The notes under the pieces are model-generated. The model searched no databases, was not told the origin of the DNA, and saw only the letters and a list, made by a program, of their open reading frames with translations. Both the position numbers and the translations under genes were made by a program. Below, piece after piece: positions 63,851-64,000 of a DNA stretch of 64,000 bases. Source of the stretch: a plasmid. The DNA lies in the sequence record NZ_CP084013.1; one strand, given 5' to 3'. Position 1 is the stretch's first letter. Each line of letters begins with the position of its first letter.

Positions 63851-64000
63851 CAACAAATATTCGGCACATAACAAGATATGACGTAATATCAAGAAATGAA
63901 CAGACAGGACGATTGACGAACAAGCAACAAAAAACAGTCAATAAAACTAAATCAGTGTTGTTTCGTCAAAAATGGTCTCTTTCCGGAGCAAACCCCCGGA

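Overview
High-GC DNA, apparently from an Actinobacteria (Bifidobacterium-like) genome; the whole 64 kb window reads as accessory/mobile DNA from a conjugative plasmid or ICE, heavily colonised by IS elements. Reading by eye, on both strands, I find the following. (1) Two IS607-family elements (serine-recombinase TnpA + TnpB), one IS200/IS605 element (Y1 TnpA + TnpB), one solo TnpB element, a TnpB C-terminal remnant and one ISL3 element with 28-bp terminal inverted repeats. (2) A long minus-strand operon (2.2-9.4 kb) encoding a calcineurin-like phosphoesterase, a polynucleotide-kinase/RNA-ligase fusion, a MazG-like pyrophosphohydrolase and several unknown proteins. I read this as an RNA (tRNA) repair module. 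(3) A Gram-positive-type conjugation module: a VirB4-like P-loop ATPase whose Walker A motif is interrupted by a large class-3-like intein with a LAGLIDADG endonuclease, a lysozyme/CHAP cell-wall hydrolase, multi-TM proteins and two FtsK/TraB-like ATPases. (4) A replication module: a RepA-like initiator next to nine 20/21-bp iterons, plus two further RepA-like paralogs, one of them flanked by a 13-copy 14-bp repeat array. (5) HipBA and BrnT/RHH-like toxin-antitoxin pairs. (6) An orphan Dcm-type C5 cytosine methyltransferase. (7) Element-borne secE- and secG-like genes and a DivIVA-domain gene. (8) An array of about 20 tRNA genes at 53.4-58.2 kb, several of them aberrant, ending at the ISL3 insertion. 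(9) A roughly 22-bp motif, consensus TGTTATACTGAATATGTCCACATA, repeated at least 11 times about 25-45 bp upstream of gene starts on both strands; this is probably the element's own promoter or operator. All functional calls are from motif-level reading of the six-frame translations; no database searches were run.
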